A DNA stretch of 64,000 nt from Cinqassovirus ah1 (taxonomy: Duplodnaviria > Heunggongvirae > Uroviricota > Caudoviricetes > Straboviridae), in the IMG/VR virus record IMGVR_UViG_2974724611_000001, positions 12,650 through 76,649 of that record, one strand, 5' to 3'. Of this stretch, positions 52,631 to 61,385 are shown in pieces. A program made the translations under genes and the position numbers. Every line of letters starts with the position of its first letter. Position 1 is the stretch's first letter. Below the pieces are notes generated by a model. That model worked only from the letters and a program-made list of their open reading frames with translations, was not told the DNA's origin and made no database searches.

Positions 52631-53082
52631 TTAAACACCGTTATGATAGTTGATAACGTATTCTTTCAGCTCTTGATAAAAAGCCTGATACTCGATAGCG
52701 CGAATAATGTCCTTCGGACCAACACCCTTCAAACGTCTTATATCGCTATTGTGTCGGAGATCGCTCATTTTGATGTAGACAGAACGAATGTCGGACTTGA
52801 CTCGTTGCTTGTAAGAATCCATACTTTCGCCCTTGATCTTACTCACATTTTGAACAAGTTGAACGGCTTCTAGCTCATGCCGTTAGAGATCAAGAGATCT
52901 CGTCCACCTTCGATATCTTCAATGATATCATGAGCCAACGCTGCCTGTTTAGTAGCTTCGTCAGCACACTCCGGAAGACCCTCCATAACCGCCAAGCAGT
53001 GTTCGAAATAGGGACGTCCACCTTTGTCGTTAGTTTCCGAGAAAGCAGTTGCTACCAGTGCGTACAGTTTAGCTAAAGTCAT
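52631..53082 (-). pseudogene. Small alarmone hydrolase (RelA/SpoT-type HD-domain (p)ppGpp hydrolase) split by a -1 frameshift
   Basis: ORF 53082-52870 carries the HD half: GGRPYFEHCLAVMEG...AALAHDIIEDIEGG, then a stop. ORF 52846-52631 (reading frame open from 52882) continues ...ELEAVQLVQNVSKIK...YIKMSDLRHNSDIRRL, the KLADRLHNMRT-like motif. Confidence 0.55.
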
Positions 53083-53313
53083 GTTCCTTCTCCAGTTCGT
53101 TTAACTCTTGAGTTAACATCTTATCACGGTTTGCGTGATATTCAACTTTTTTCTTTGAATGTTCAATTTCTCGGACTAAATGTTTCCTAGTATTGCTTGA
53201 ACTCGCCGTTTACAACTTCACCCATTTGACACGCAAAACCGTACATCATATATTCCTCAGTTGATTTGAAAGTGCGATCTATAATGATCGCACCGATTTG
53301 GATTACAAGCTTT

Positions 53314-53736
53314 TTAGAACTCTGGATTCATTTTGCTGTGAGTGCCAGCGACAAGAGCAAATGTCTTGGAGTATAGCCACTGACCAGTCAACTTTTTACG
53401 CCAGAACACACGACCGCTGGAAGTCTTGATAGTTTTCAGACTATCGGAAATCTTAACGATTGTTCCACACGGGTAATAATCGCCGTTAAACGTCATGCTC
53501 ACTTCATCACCAACTTTCGGCATTTCGATTACATCAAATCTAGGGCTTGCCCATTCGCCTTTGTCGATTGCCAGCAGATTTTTACCTTCGAATTCATCAA
53601 CGATAGCTTGAGCATTCGCCAGTGACTTGAAATCCCAGCGAGAAACGATGTAGTGAGTACGATCAGCTTCGCGGGCAGCCATGGCGGCTTTGATATCGGT
53701 GTAGATTTCTTTGGTGTTCATATTGAAGTGCAGCAT
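53314..53736 (-). CDS. Hypothetical protein
   Basis: 140-aa ORF behind a cassette. Confidence 0.5.
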   Translation of the reverse strand: MLHFNMNTKEIYTDIKAAMAAREADRTHYIVSRWDFKSLANAQAIVDEFEGKNLLAIDKGEWASPRFDVIEMPKVGDEVSMTFNGDYYPCGTIVKISDSLKTIKTSSGRVFWRKKLTGQWLYSKTFALVAGTHSKMNPEF

Positions 53737-53815
53737 GATGTAATCCTCAGAAGTTGTTTTGTTTTGATGTGGCTATAGTATCAATAGCCACACCTAGCGT
53801 CAACTACTTTTTTCG
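53734..53815 (-). promoter_or_regulatory. Early promoter–leader cassette with a hairpin
   Basis: Minus strand: aaaagtaGTTGACgctagGTGTGGCTATtgatactATAGCCACATCAAAACAAAACAACTTCTGAGGATTACATCATG. Confidence 0.5.
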
Positions 53816-53820
53816 AAAAA

Positions 53821-54192
53821 TTAGTAATCTTTTCCATTTCGACCGGCGTGATATATCATTTCTCGATATATCTTGATGCTCTTTTCATACGGATCTGGCA
53901 CATTATCCATATCTCGATAGAACTCTCTGTTGTTCTTACTGTCTCTGATGTATTTTCCGAGATAGCCACTGATTCCATTCAGATAGGTACGCATGGATTG
54001 CGTATTGAGCATTTCAGACGGAATTGTTTGGAGTAGTTCTTTCAGTTCGTTGAAACGTTCTACCACTTTCTGGTATTGTTCATCGAACTTAGAGAACTCG
54101 GCCAGATTCATACGAAGTCGATTCATGTGCCTAAGTTCAAACGCGAGTTCGCGAGAGATTACTCCAAATTTACTTGCAAAATCAGGATTCAT
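53821..54192 (-). CDS. Hypothetical protein
   Basis: 123-aa ORF. Confidence 0.5.
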   Translation of the reverse strand: MNPDFASKFGVISRELAFELRHMNRLRMNLAEFSKFDEQYQKVVERFNELKELLQTIPSEMLNTQSMRTYLNGISGYLGKYIRDSKNNREFYRDMDNVPDPYEKSIKIYREMIYHAGRNGKDY

Positions 54193-54469
54193 TTGATCTC
54201 CCTTTTAAGATTCGCATTTCCATTTCAGCGCAAGCGACATTATAGAAATCACGCTTTGCTTGAGCCAGTTCCGGAACAACTACGTTCATTCGATGCATAT
54301 ACAGATCATCAAGACGATTCAGAATCTTGACACCATCGCGAGACAGTTTACCGTTTTCGGTCTGTGCCTGCTTTTCAATCTCAACTTCTCGAATGCATTC
54401 CAACTGATAATCCGCCGACATTTGCCGATCTTTCAGTCGCTTGTATACTTCCAAAATATCAATTTGCAT
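54182..54469 (-). CDS. Hypothetical protein
   Basis: 95-aa ORF. Confidence 0.45.
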   Translation of the reverse strand: MQIDILEVYKRLKDRQMSADYQLECIREVEIEKQAQTENGKLSRDGVKILNRLDDLYMHRMNVVVPELAQAKRDFYNVACAEMEMRILKGRSNES

Positions 54470-54731
54470 TTTTCAATCCTATATACCACAGTTTACCAAC
54501 ACTGGTATGTTGATACCGTTCTTTATCCCACATACGGCGTCTAACGGCACTTGTGTGTTCATTGCCACCGCTTGTTTTGTCTAGCCAGCGCATCATGATA
54601 CGGAAACAGAGTCCCACGTCCATTCTGAATTCGCAAGCCATTTCGTCATACAGTTTATCATTTACATAAAGCCGACAATGATACTTGTTGTTGATCCTTG
54701 TCAGCTTGGTCTCGGTTTTTAGTTCGCTCAA
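54459..54731 (-). CDS. Hypothetical protein
   Basis: 90-aa ORF. Confidence 0.45.
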   Translation of the reverse strand: MSELKTETKLTRINNKYHCRLYVNDKLYDEMACEFRMDVGLCFRIMMRWLDKTSGGNEHTSAVRRRMWDKERYQHTSVGKLWYIGLKNAN

Positions 54732-55012
54732 ATAAGACGCTCCCCAGTTACAACAGTTTTACCACTTGAATAGTAGCCGTACTGTTTCCACTTTCTCATA
54801 TTGCTAATCATGATATTCTTTGCCGCTTGTTCCGCTTTCTCCGCAGTATCATAAGAAATAGTATAATCAACACGGGAAATACCTACAGCACATACGAACG
54901 GATAAAATTTCATGATTAGCTCCTCGATTTGATAAAGTGATTGTATCAGAGTCCAAACCGATACGCAATGTATTGTTTGTAAGAATCCAAAGAAATTACG
55001 TTTTTGTGCCAA
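54728..55012 (-). CDS. Hypothetical protein (likely starts at the internal Met, ~54911)
   Basis: 94-aa ORF. The alternative start MKFYPFVCAV reduces the overlap. Confidence 0.4.
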   Translation of the reverse strand: MAQKRNFFGFLQTIHCVSVWTLIQSLYQIEELIMKFYPFVCAVGISRVDYTISYDTAEKAEQAAKNIMISNMRKWKQYGYYSSGKTVVTGERLI

Positions 55013-55212
55013 CTTACGTGCAGTTCAACACCAGCAACAGAATCAACACTACCTAATTTGGTATCCCAGAAGTGAGTTTTCACTTTACGTTTCGGGCGCT
55101 CCAAAAAGAAATTTAAACTGCCGTCTTTGTCTTGCGCAACGTATGACCCGCAGAAGTTTTTGCCTTCTTTAACGAGAGATTCAACAACGATTTCCATGAA
55201 TGACTTTTTCAT
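54946..55212 (-). CDS. Hypothetical protein
   Basis: 88-aa ORF behind a cassette. Confidence 0.5.
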   Translation of the reverse strand: MKKSFMEIVVESLVKEGKNFCGSYVAQDKDGSLNFFLERPKRKVKTHFWDTKLGSVDSVAGVELHVSWHKNVISLDSYKQYIAYRFGL

Positions 55213-55272
55213 AATAAACCTCGGCGTTTCGATGTGGCTATATTATCAGGTCCATATCCGGTGTCAACAAAA
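55210..55272 (-). promoter_or_regulatory. Early promoter–leader cassette, immediately after the NAMPT terminator
   Basis: Minus strand: tttttGTTGACaccggatatggacctgaTAATATAGCCACATCGAAACGCCGAGGTTTATTATG. Confidence 0.45.
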
Positions 55273-55300
55273 AAGCCACCCGAAGGTGGCTTTTATTTTT
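55270..55300 (-). terminator. Bidirectional rho-independent terminator, UUCG tetraloop
   Basis: GCCACC-UUCG-GGUGGC, with U/A runs on both sides. Confidence 0.6.
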
Positions 55301-56744
55301 ACGCTTGTTCGTCGCTACGTGCGCGAGCTTCGTCAAACAGTGCTTTGTTGTAGCTGTGAGCACAAACACCGTCCATCAGATAAGTAACAAACTCGTTACT
55401 GTTCTCATACTGTGCGAATCGCGGGTCAAGAACGTTTACAGTCTTATATTGACCGTCGATCTTAACGAGACGCATACGACCAGCTTTGGAAGCTTTCCAT
55501 GCAGCGTCTTTTGGATTCTTACGAACACCACGCCATTTGCCATTTACGCGAATCGCAGAGCATTTGTAAGCCCACTTCTGAGTGTCGCGGTCGCATTTTT
55601 GCAGCAAGCCACCACCCATACCGAAAGCAACGTTTTCAACACTGAAACCCAGTTCTTTGATGAACTTCAAGCAAGCTTCGACATCCTTATCGGAACTCAG
55701 GCCGTCTCCTTGAATCACGCGGTAGCTACCATGCAGAACTTTATAACCTTTGCTGTTTACAGTGAAGCCAACGTTTTTCGCGATAGTCTCCAGTGCATAT
55801 CCGATATTGTCGAACATGTCGCCAGAGTCAGGACGAATCACGCAAGTACCGCCACGTGCCAAAATCTCTTTCTTGAATTCACCGGTAGTCAGACGATCAA
55901 CGGCAGATTTGTAGTCGATAGAGTCAGCAACTACAGCATAAACACCGTCACCCCATTGACGAATACTGTTCCAGAATGCTTCATCTTCTTGTTCAGGAGT
56001 CAGCATACCTTCATCACCATAACAAATGGTAGTGCTGTGCTCACGCGCTGGAATACTGATACCAACCGCGATATCATGAGCCAGATTATAGATATCTTGT
56101 GCCATAATCAGAGCTTCAACGGTATCGGTACCGATAAAGTTGATCAGGTGCGCCAGACCACCCAGTTTTGCCGCTTGTTCGCAAGTCGCGCCGCGAGCAC
56201 CGAAGTCGTGCAAGCGAGTTTTCAGAACGAAATCAAAGTCGGCACCGGTCAGATCTGAGGTTTCTTTCAGATACTTTTTCACCAGCTTCTTGATTTTGAA
56301 ACTCAGAGTGGCAACAGAACTCGGATACCAGTGACCACGCAACAGGAAAGTTTCCAGATGCCCACCAATGCTGAATTCAGGACCGAAAGTCTCAACAACC
56401 ATAGTTGCATTGCGACCGGGGATAACTTGTCCGTCTTTTACACCGTACATATTAACCGGCAGCTTACCACCACGTTCAGTTGCAATTTTCATCCACATGT
56501 CATAGGCGAATACATCGCGACCGAAATGTGATTTGTAAAGCATGTTAGCGCGAGTTACGTCAGCGACGGTAATGCCCTGCTCCAGGACACGCGAAACAAA
56601 GTGCAGACCCGATACCATCAACTTATCATCAATACGAGGTTCAGCATAGAAACTCGCGGCGTCAGTACCTTGTGGGAACTGCCATGGATGAGTGATTTTG
56701 TAAGAGTCGGTGGAAGTACACAGGTTAGATTTAAATACGTTCAT
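55299..56744 (-). CDS. nadV: Nicotinamide phosphoribosyltransferase (NAMPT/NadV)
   Basis: ~481 aa from MNVFKSN. The NAMPT family signature runs throughout (TDSYKITH, GHLETFLLRGHWYPS, FGARG, IRPDSGD, GGGLLQK). Confidence 0.88.
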   Translation of the reverse strand: MNVFKSNLCTSTDSYKITHPWQFPQGTDAASFYAEPRIDDKLMVSGLHFVSRVLEQGITVADVTRANMLYKSHFGRDVFAYDMWMKIATERGGKLPVNMYGVKDGQVIPGRNATMVVETFGPEFSIGGHLETFLLRGHWYPSSVATLSFKIKKLVKKYLKETSDLTGADFDFVLKTRLHDFGARGATCEQAAKLGGLAHLINFIGTDTVEALIMAQDIYNLAHDIAVGISIPAREHSTTICYGDEGMLTPEQEDEAFWNSIRQWGDGVYAVVADSIDYKSAVDRLTTGEFKKEILARGGTCVIRPDSGDMFDNIGYALETIAKNVGFTVNSKGYKVLHGSYRVIQGDGLSSDKDVEACLKFIKELGFSVENVAFGMGGGLLQKCDRDTQKWAYKCSAIRVNGKWRGVRKNPKDAAWKASKAGRMRLVKIDGQYKTVNVLDPRFAQYENSNEFVTYLMDGVCAHSYNKALFDEARARSDEQA

Positions 56745-56865
56745 TTTGAAGGCTCCCTTCATTGATTGTGGTTTGTTTGTGATTTCTTATCACAAAAAGA
56801 TTGTCTCATATCTTTAGACACAAAACAAGCTTTTTGTGAGGGGTATTTTCTACCCCGTCACGTTA

Positions 56866-57543
56866 TCAGAATACCAGTGCGATACCAGCAACAGCAGAGT
56901 TATCATAGCCAACACCGGTAGTTACAGTGTGGCGCAGTTTAACATAGGGCTGGAACAGCTCGCCAGTCAGAGTCATAGCGATTTCGTGTTCATTGGAAGT
57001 CGGAAGACCCAGAGAGAAATCGGTACGTTCATGTTGGGTTTTACGGGTAAAGTTATATCCTACAGTCATTTCGGGGTGAATTTCATAACTCACACCAGCT
57101 TTGATCTTGCTATAGTCTTGACCTTCGTTCATGAAGCTATAACCAGCGCCAGCGTAGGAATACAGTTTGGCGAACGGCATGTATTCAACGATGCCCTGGA
57201 AGTAAGTTTCATGATCGGTATTCACATCACCTTCATAGATGCCGTATTCAGCACTAGGAACAAAGGTAAAATCATCAGAGATCTGAATTGTCTTGCCCAG
57301 AGTACCGGCAGTGTGCTTGGTAGTGTCGTGTTTGACTTCCAGGAAGTAGGAGTCAGGCAGAGCAACGGAAGCACCGTATTCAGAAACATCGGTAGAGACG
57401 TTACGCTCTACATAGATCTTTTCAAATTGAACTTGAGCGGCAGCTTCGGTCAGATCGGAAGCTTGTGCTTGGGTACAGCCAAAAGATGCAGCAGCTACGG
57501 CCAAGCCAATGATTACACTGTGAATAAAGTTTTTGGACATCAA
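56866..57543 (-). CDS. Outer-membrane beta-barrel protein (porin/OmpW/KdgM-like)
   Basis: Signal peptide MSKNFIHSVIIGLAVAAASFGCTQAQA. Alternating amphipathic beta-strands. C-terminal aromatic residue (..GIALVF). Confidence 0.55.
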   Translation of the reverse strand: MMSKNFIHSVIIGLAVAAASFGCTQAQASDLTEAAAQVQFEKIYVERNVSTDVSEYGASVALPDSYFLEVKHDTTKHTAGTLGKTIQISDDFTFVPSAEYGIYEGDVNTDHETYFQGIVEYMPFAKLYSYAGAGYSFMNEGQDYSKIKAGVSYEIHPEMTVGYNFTRKTQHERTDFSLGLPTSNEHEIAMTLTGELFQPYVKLRHTVTTGVGYDNSAVAGIALVF

Positions 57544-57554
57544 GGTATTACCTC

Positions 57555-57773
57555 TTAGTTGATTGAGAATAAAGCAACAACAAGTATCAACATTATTATT
57601 AGGATCTTGTTGTCACCATGTTTACTTAACGTTTCCAGTATACGTCGCTCGATTGCAACTGTCAACAACTTTTTCGCGATTGCTAACGGTATAACAAGAA
57701 ACGTTAAGACTAGGAACTTATGTTGATTATACATTAGCTCCAGAAGATTGCAAACACTATCGTAAAAATCCAT
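57555..57773 (-). CDS. Small membrane protein
   Basis: 72 aa with two TM helices. Confidence 0.4.
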   Translation of the reverse strand: MDFYDSVCNLLELMYNQHKFLVLTFLVIPLAIAKKLLTVAIERRILETLSKHGDNKILIIMLILVVALFSIN

Positions 57774-57822
57774 ATCGTTACTATAGTTGACGGTCGATGA
57801 AGAAAAATCAAACCAATCGTCC

Positions 57823-58056
57823 TTACAGTAACTCCGTCATATAACGGCTATACGAGATTGTATAGTCAGAGCCAAATCCGGTGATATCTTCCCAGTCTTG
57901 ACCCGGGTCCACTTTTACAATAAACCCGTAACCGAGAAATGGAATTTCATGATTGGTTCCTAAACCGACAACGGTACATTTAAACTTTTGAACGTTGCCG
58001 AATATACCGGAGACGAGTTCAACTTCAACCCGATCTCCATTTTCAAACGGATACAT
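57823..58056 (-). CDS. Hypothetical protein
   Basis: ORF trimmed to MYPFENGDRV. Confidence 0.4.
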   Translation of the reverse strand: MYPFENGDRVEVELVSGIFGNVQKFKCTVVGLGTNHEIPFLGYGFIVKVDPGQDWEDITGFGSDYTISYSRYMTELL

Positions 58057-58282
58057 CGAATAGTCCTTGTTGTTTAGCTTTTTCAAAAAGCGGGTGATTG
58101 TCCGATATCGAGATATCAAGAGCTTTTATGATAAGACTAATGTCTTCCAATGTCAACTCTTTTTTCGTGATTTTATGGGTTTTCGGGATGCGAATAGATC
58201 CAGTCAGACTATTGTCACCACGATGATACCAGTCTTCTCGTTGCTCGATCAGTTCGTCTTGATGGAGTGCGTCCTGACTCAT
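58043..58282 (-). CDS. Hypothetical protein
   Basis: 79 aa. 4-nt overlap (ATGA) with the upstream nucleotidyltransferase gene. Confidence 0.5.
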   Translation of the reverse strand: MSQDALHQDELIEQREDWYHRGDNSLTGSIRIPKTHKITKKELTLEDISLIIKALDISISDNHPLFEKAKQQGLFDVSV

Positions 58283-59232
58283 TTGTTGATTTCCTCTACA
58301 TAAACATCATAAAGGAAATTATCCCAGAATTCCTTGTCCACGGACTCGCGCATACCGTTTTTCTTGGCAATAACGATTTCCGCTTCCACGTCATTCATGA
58401 GCTGTTCAAGATACGGATTAACTTCATCTACCAGATTACGATTTCCCAACTTAATGTCAAGAATAAATTCACGATGTTTCAACGGGAATTTCAGATCACC
58501 AGTCCGATAAATTTCAAGCAGTTGCTCGCCACCACGGACGGCATGAGAAAGTGCTTTCCAGTCCACACCGACTTCTTCTTTCGCCTTCTTAGCGCGATCA
58601 CCGTACTCTTCCCAGATCTTCGTGATCTGTTGTTCAAACTCAGTGAACTTGATTCCATAAAGATACTTGCGCCCCAGAACTTCATAGAAGCTCACCGGCT
58701 CGCCAGTTCGAGAGAGTTCACACCCAGGGAACGTGAATTCGTCGCTAGGAAGACGTCCAATAAAGCTGGACAGACGGTAGCCACGTTCGTCTTGTGGTAC
58801 TGCTTTGACTACTGCCATAACTCGTTCCAGCGCGGCCAAGCGTGTGCCCTTAACGCCGTACTTGGTAGCTTGCTTACGACAGTAACCCAAGAATGCATCC
58901 ATTTTTGTGGTATAGAACATCGAGCGATTTTCGTGGATATATTCCCAGTGCTTTGAAGTCTCCAGCAGTTGATTACTATGCAACATATCAATACACATAG
59001 TTTCGCCTTTGCTTGCGAGTCGCAAGAACTGGCGCAAGGACATCATTTCGGTATCGATATCATCAACGGTATTCTTGCCTTTGCCACCGGTCGATTCGTT
59101 GTAGACTTCTCGCCCACCCAGTACGATTTCTCTGGGAGTAGGGATAAAGATTCCTTTATAATCTCGATCCGAAGTCGGGGTACTCAGCCCGTACAGGTGC
59201 GAGCCGAATACAGTTTTCATCAAAGTTTTCAT
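58279..59232 (-). CDS. Pol-beta-superfamily nucleotidyltransferase (RlaP/YcgL-like minimal NTase with a C-terminal extension)
   Basis: 317 aa. N-terminal hGS-x9-SDxD motif: VFGSHLYGLSTPTSDRDYKGIFI. Confidence 0.55.
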   Translation of the reverse strand: MKTLMKTVFGSHLYGLSTPTSDRDYKGIFIPTPREIVLGGREVYNESTGGKGKNTVDDIDTEMMSLRQFLRLASKGETMCIDMLHSNQLLETSKHWEYIHENRSMFYTTKMDAFLGYCRKQATKYGVKGTRLAALERVMAVVKAVPQDERGYRLSSFIGRLPSDEFTFPGCELSRTGEPVSFYEVLGRKYLYGIKFTEFEQQITKIWEEYGDRAKKAKEEVGVDWKALSHAVRGGEQLLEIYRTGDLKFPLKHREFILDIKLGNRNLVDEVNPYLEQLMNDVEAEIVIAKKNGMRESVDKEFWDNFLYDVYVEEINK

Positions 59233-59588
59233 TCTGTTTCCTTAAAGAAATCAACACTCTTTTTAATTACACTTGAGCTTTCTTTGTAGTAATCTACCAC
59301 AAGTTCTTCGTCTCGTCCGAGTGCAAGCATGAATCGTTTTGCTTGACTAACTGACATTGGTCCAGTAGTTCTTCCCCAGCCAAGAAAAACGAAATCTTTC
59401 TCTTGCTCATGAATTTGAATCCCATATTTGAGCATATTCTTATTCACAACGGGGAGCTTATTCAAAAATGAATCGCGATCCAGATAGTTCATAATCTTAA
59501 CATAGATAATACGACACACGATTGAAGACAAAAACAAAACCAAAATAAAAATCGCGTATTCTTTGGCACCAATTTCGATAATGTTCAT
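59229..59588 (-). CDS. Membrane-anchored protein (N-terminal TM)
   Basis: 119 aa. TM helix YAIFILVLFLSSIVCRIIYV. 4-nt overlap with the nucleotidyltransferase gene. Confidence 0.5.
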   Translation of the reverse strand: MNIIEIGAKEYAIFILVLFLSSIVCRIIYVKIMNYLDRDSFLNKLPVVNKNMLKYGIQIHEQEKDFVFLGWGRTTGPMSVSQAKRFMLALGRDEELVVDYYKESSSVIKKSVDFFKETE

Positions 59589-59914
59589 TATTGCATTGCC
59601 TTCTGTTGATAGAGTTCAGCCAAGTTTTTGTTCAGTCGCTCGATTGCTTGTTCCAAAGTCTCAGCATTCGGATCATAGTTATCGGCAGTTGAATCGTAAT
59701 GTGATTTTGATTTACCATGAGAAACATCCCAATGAGTGGAAGTAGTCTCAGGACAACGAGTCACATACAGATTTTGATCTGATTTAGACCGTAGATAAAA
59801 CACTTTACACCCGGCCAGACCACTAGGCATTTGATATGCGTTCGTGGTCTCAGTTGTTACAGTATCGCATCCAATCAGAGCGAATGCAAGAGTAATTACG
59901 GCAAACTTTTTCAT
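59588..59914 (-). CDS. Lipoprotein
   Basis: MKKFAVITLAFALIGC (lipobox). Confidence 0.55.
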   Translation of the reverse strand: MKKFAVITLAFALIGCDTVTTETTNAYQMPSGLAGCKVFYLRSKSDQNLYVTRCPETTSTHWDVSHGKSKSHYDSTADNYDPNAETLEQAIERLNKNLAELYQQKAMQ

Positions 59915-60032
59915 ATTTCAAGCCGCTCCAGTACAGGTAAAATTGATTTGAAGACCATGATCATAAAGTCGTTGCTTCCGACCATGGCCCAGATCACAAA
60001 GTTAAGAACAATCAGTAACACCCAGATTGCAT

Positions 60033-60287
60033 TTAATCCTTTCGCCACCATACGTCTTCGTCTCTCATGTCACTTGATGTATTGGATCTTATCACAACAG
60101 GACGAGGAGTTACAAGTGGATTTTTCATTATTTTTGTTTCTGTGCTTGCGTAAACAGGGATATATTTCTGGCTGAAATCTTGACCCTGTAGCATTAGCTC
60201 AAAGTTACGCAAAACGCTCTCCTTAGAGGGCGCACTAATGTCCTGATACCTACTTGACATTAAACTGCCTGTACAGATACTTGCCAA
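60033..60287 (-). CDS. Hypothetical protein
   Basis: 84-aa ORF. Confidence 0.35.
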   Translation of the reverse strand: MASICTGSLMSSRYQDISAPSKESVLRNFELMLQGQDFSQKYIPVYASTETKIMKNPLVTPRPVVIRSNTSSDMRDEDVWWRKD

Positions 60288-60627
60288 AGATCAGTTTATG
60301 AACGTCGTTGGATTTCTCTGCCTGTTGCAGGATATCGTAAAATTCAGGAATAGTCAATACTCTGGTTTGTTTTCCGTCTGAACTAACGAAATCATATCCG
60401 TGAGTGCTATCAGTCGGCACTTTTGGAATTCCGTAGTGGTCATAAAGGCGAATAGTGATTCCTTTCTTTTGGAAAGCATCAACAATTTCATTGAAATGTT
60501 GTTTGATCCAAATACGTCGATTGGTTGCTTTTTCGCTACGACGCTTTTTGATCAAGTCTGAGATCCAGATAGCAAAAGCGATAATTGCAACAAAAATAAT
60601 TGTGATCATCGCGGCAACATAAGCCAT
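60250..60627 (-). CDS. Membrane protein
   Basis: 125 aa with an N-terminal TM helix (AAMITIIFVAIIAFAIWI). Confidence 0.5.
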   Translation of the reverse strand: MAYVAAMITIIFVAIIAFAIWISDLIKKRRSEKATNRRIWIKQHFNEIVDAFQKKGITIRLYDHYGIPKVPTDSTHGYDFVSSDGKQTRVLTIPEFYDILQQAEKSNDVHKLIFGKYLYRQFNVK

Positions 60628-60631
60628 TTTA

Positions 60632-60961
60632 TTACCTCACAGTGAATAGATCAGACGTAACCGGTTTATCGCTCAAAGGAACGGTGTGTTCTTCGAACTT
60701 TTCTCCGTATTCACATTTTCGCCAGAACAGCATTACCTCAGACGGATATAGATCTCGGCTGATTCTTTCTCCGTTGGTAAACACGAAACGGACTTTGTGT
60801 ACCTTTTTGAGCTGTACTCCATGTTTCATAAGATTGTGTTGGATGATATCCCAACTCTTTCTGATACGACGATAGGAGACAAACTCAACGATAGCACACA
60901 TTAACAATATTGCGGCAAGAATAACTGCCGCAACGATTCCCATGATATCGATTGTAGTCAT
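60632..60961 (-). CDS. Membrane protein
   Basis: 109 aa with an N-terminal TM helix (IVAAVILAAILLMCAIV). Confidence 0.5.
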   Translation of the reverse strand: MTTIDIMGIVAAVILAAILLMCAIVEFVSYRRIRKSWDIIQHNLMKHGVQLKKVHKVRFVFTNGERISRDLYPSEVMLFWRKCEYGEKFEEHTVPLSDKPVTSDLFTVR

Positions 60962-61314
60962 TATACCTCTAGTTTGTAACAGTCAATAAACGCCTGTGCA
61001 TTCTTATTAACAAAGTCCACGATTTTGTCACAAGCCAACTCACGGGACTTTTGTTTCCGCAGAACCGGAAACTTAACACCAGATTTCCACTTACAATCAC
61101 CACAAAGAGATTCGAACTTGGTTTCACCGGCGTGAAGCATGAAATGCGCCCAACGATTGTTGAAAAACTCAAGATCAGAACAACCGATCTTAGCACCAAC
61201 CATGATCACTTCCATGATTTCTTCGCCCAGAGATTTACGTGATCTAACTCGAACATACTCTACCAGACGCGGGTCAATCTTGGATTTTACTTGTTCTACC
61301 AGAGCTTGATTCAT
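60961..61314 (-). CDS. Hypothetical protein
   Basis: Start at MNQALVEQ behind a cassette. Confidence 0.5.
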   Translation of the reverse strand: MNQALVEQVKSKIDPRLVEYVRVRSRKSLGEEIMEVIMVGAKIGCSDLEFFNNRWAHFMLHAGETKFESLCGDCKWKSGVKFPVLRKQKSRELACDKIVDFVNKNAQAFIDCYKLEV

Positions 61315-61385
61315 GATGTTTTCCTCAGAGTGATTGCTTTGTTTCAATGAGGCCATTATTACATGGCCTCCGATTTATGTCAAAC
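61312..61385 (-). promoter_or_regulatory. Early promoter–leader cassette with a hairpin
   Basis: Minus strand: taagtTTGACAtaaatcGGAGGCCATgtaataATGGCCTCATTGAAACAAAGCAATCACTCTGAGGAAAACATCATG. Confidence 0.5.

Noticed and set aside
56778-56794. Calling TGTGAtttcttaTCACA a bona fide CRP site.
   Set aside because: The half-sites are perfect but the spacer is 7 nt rather than 6. It is kept only as a low-weight note inside the OMP/nadV finding.
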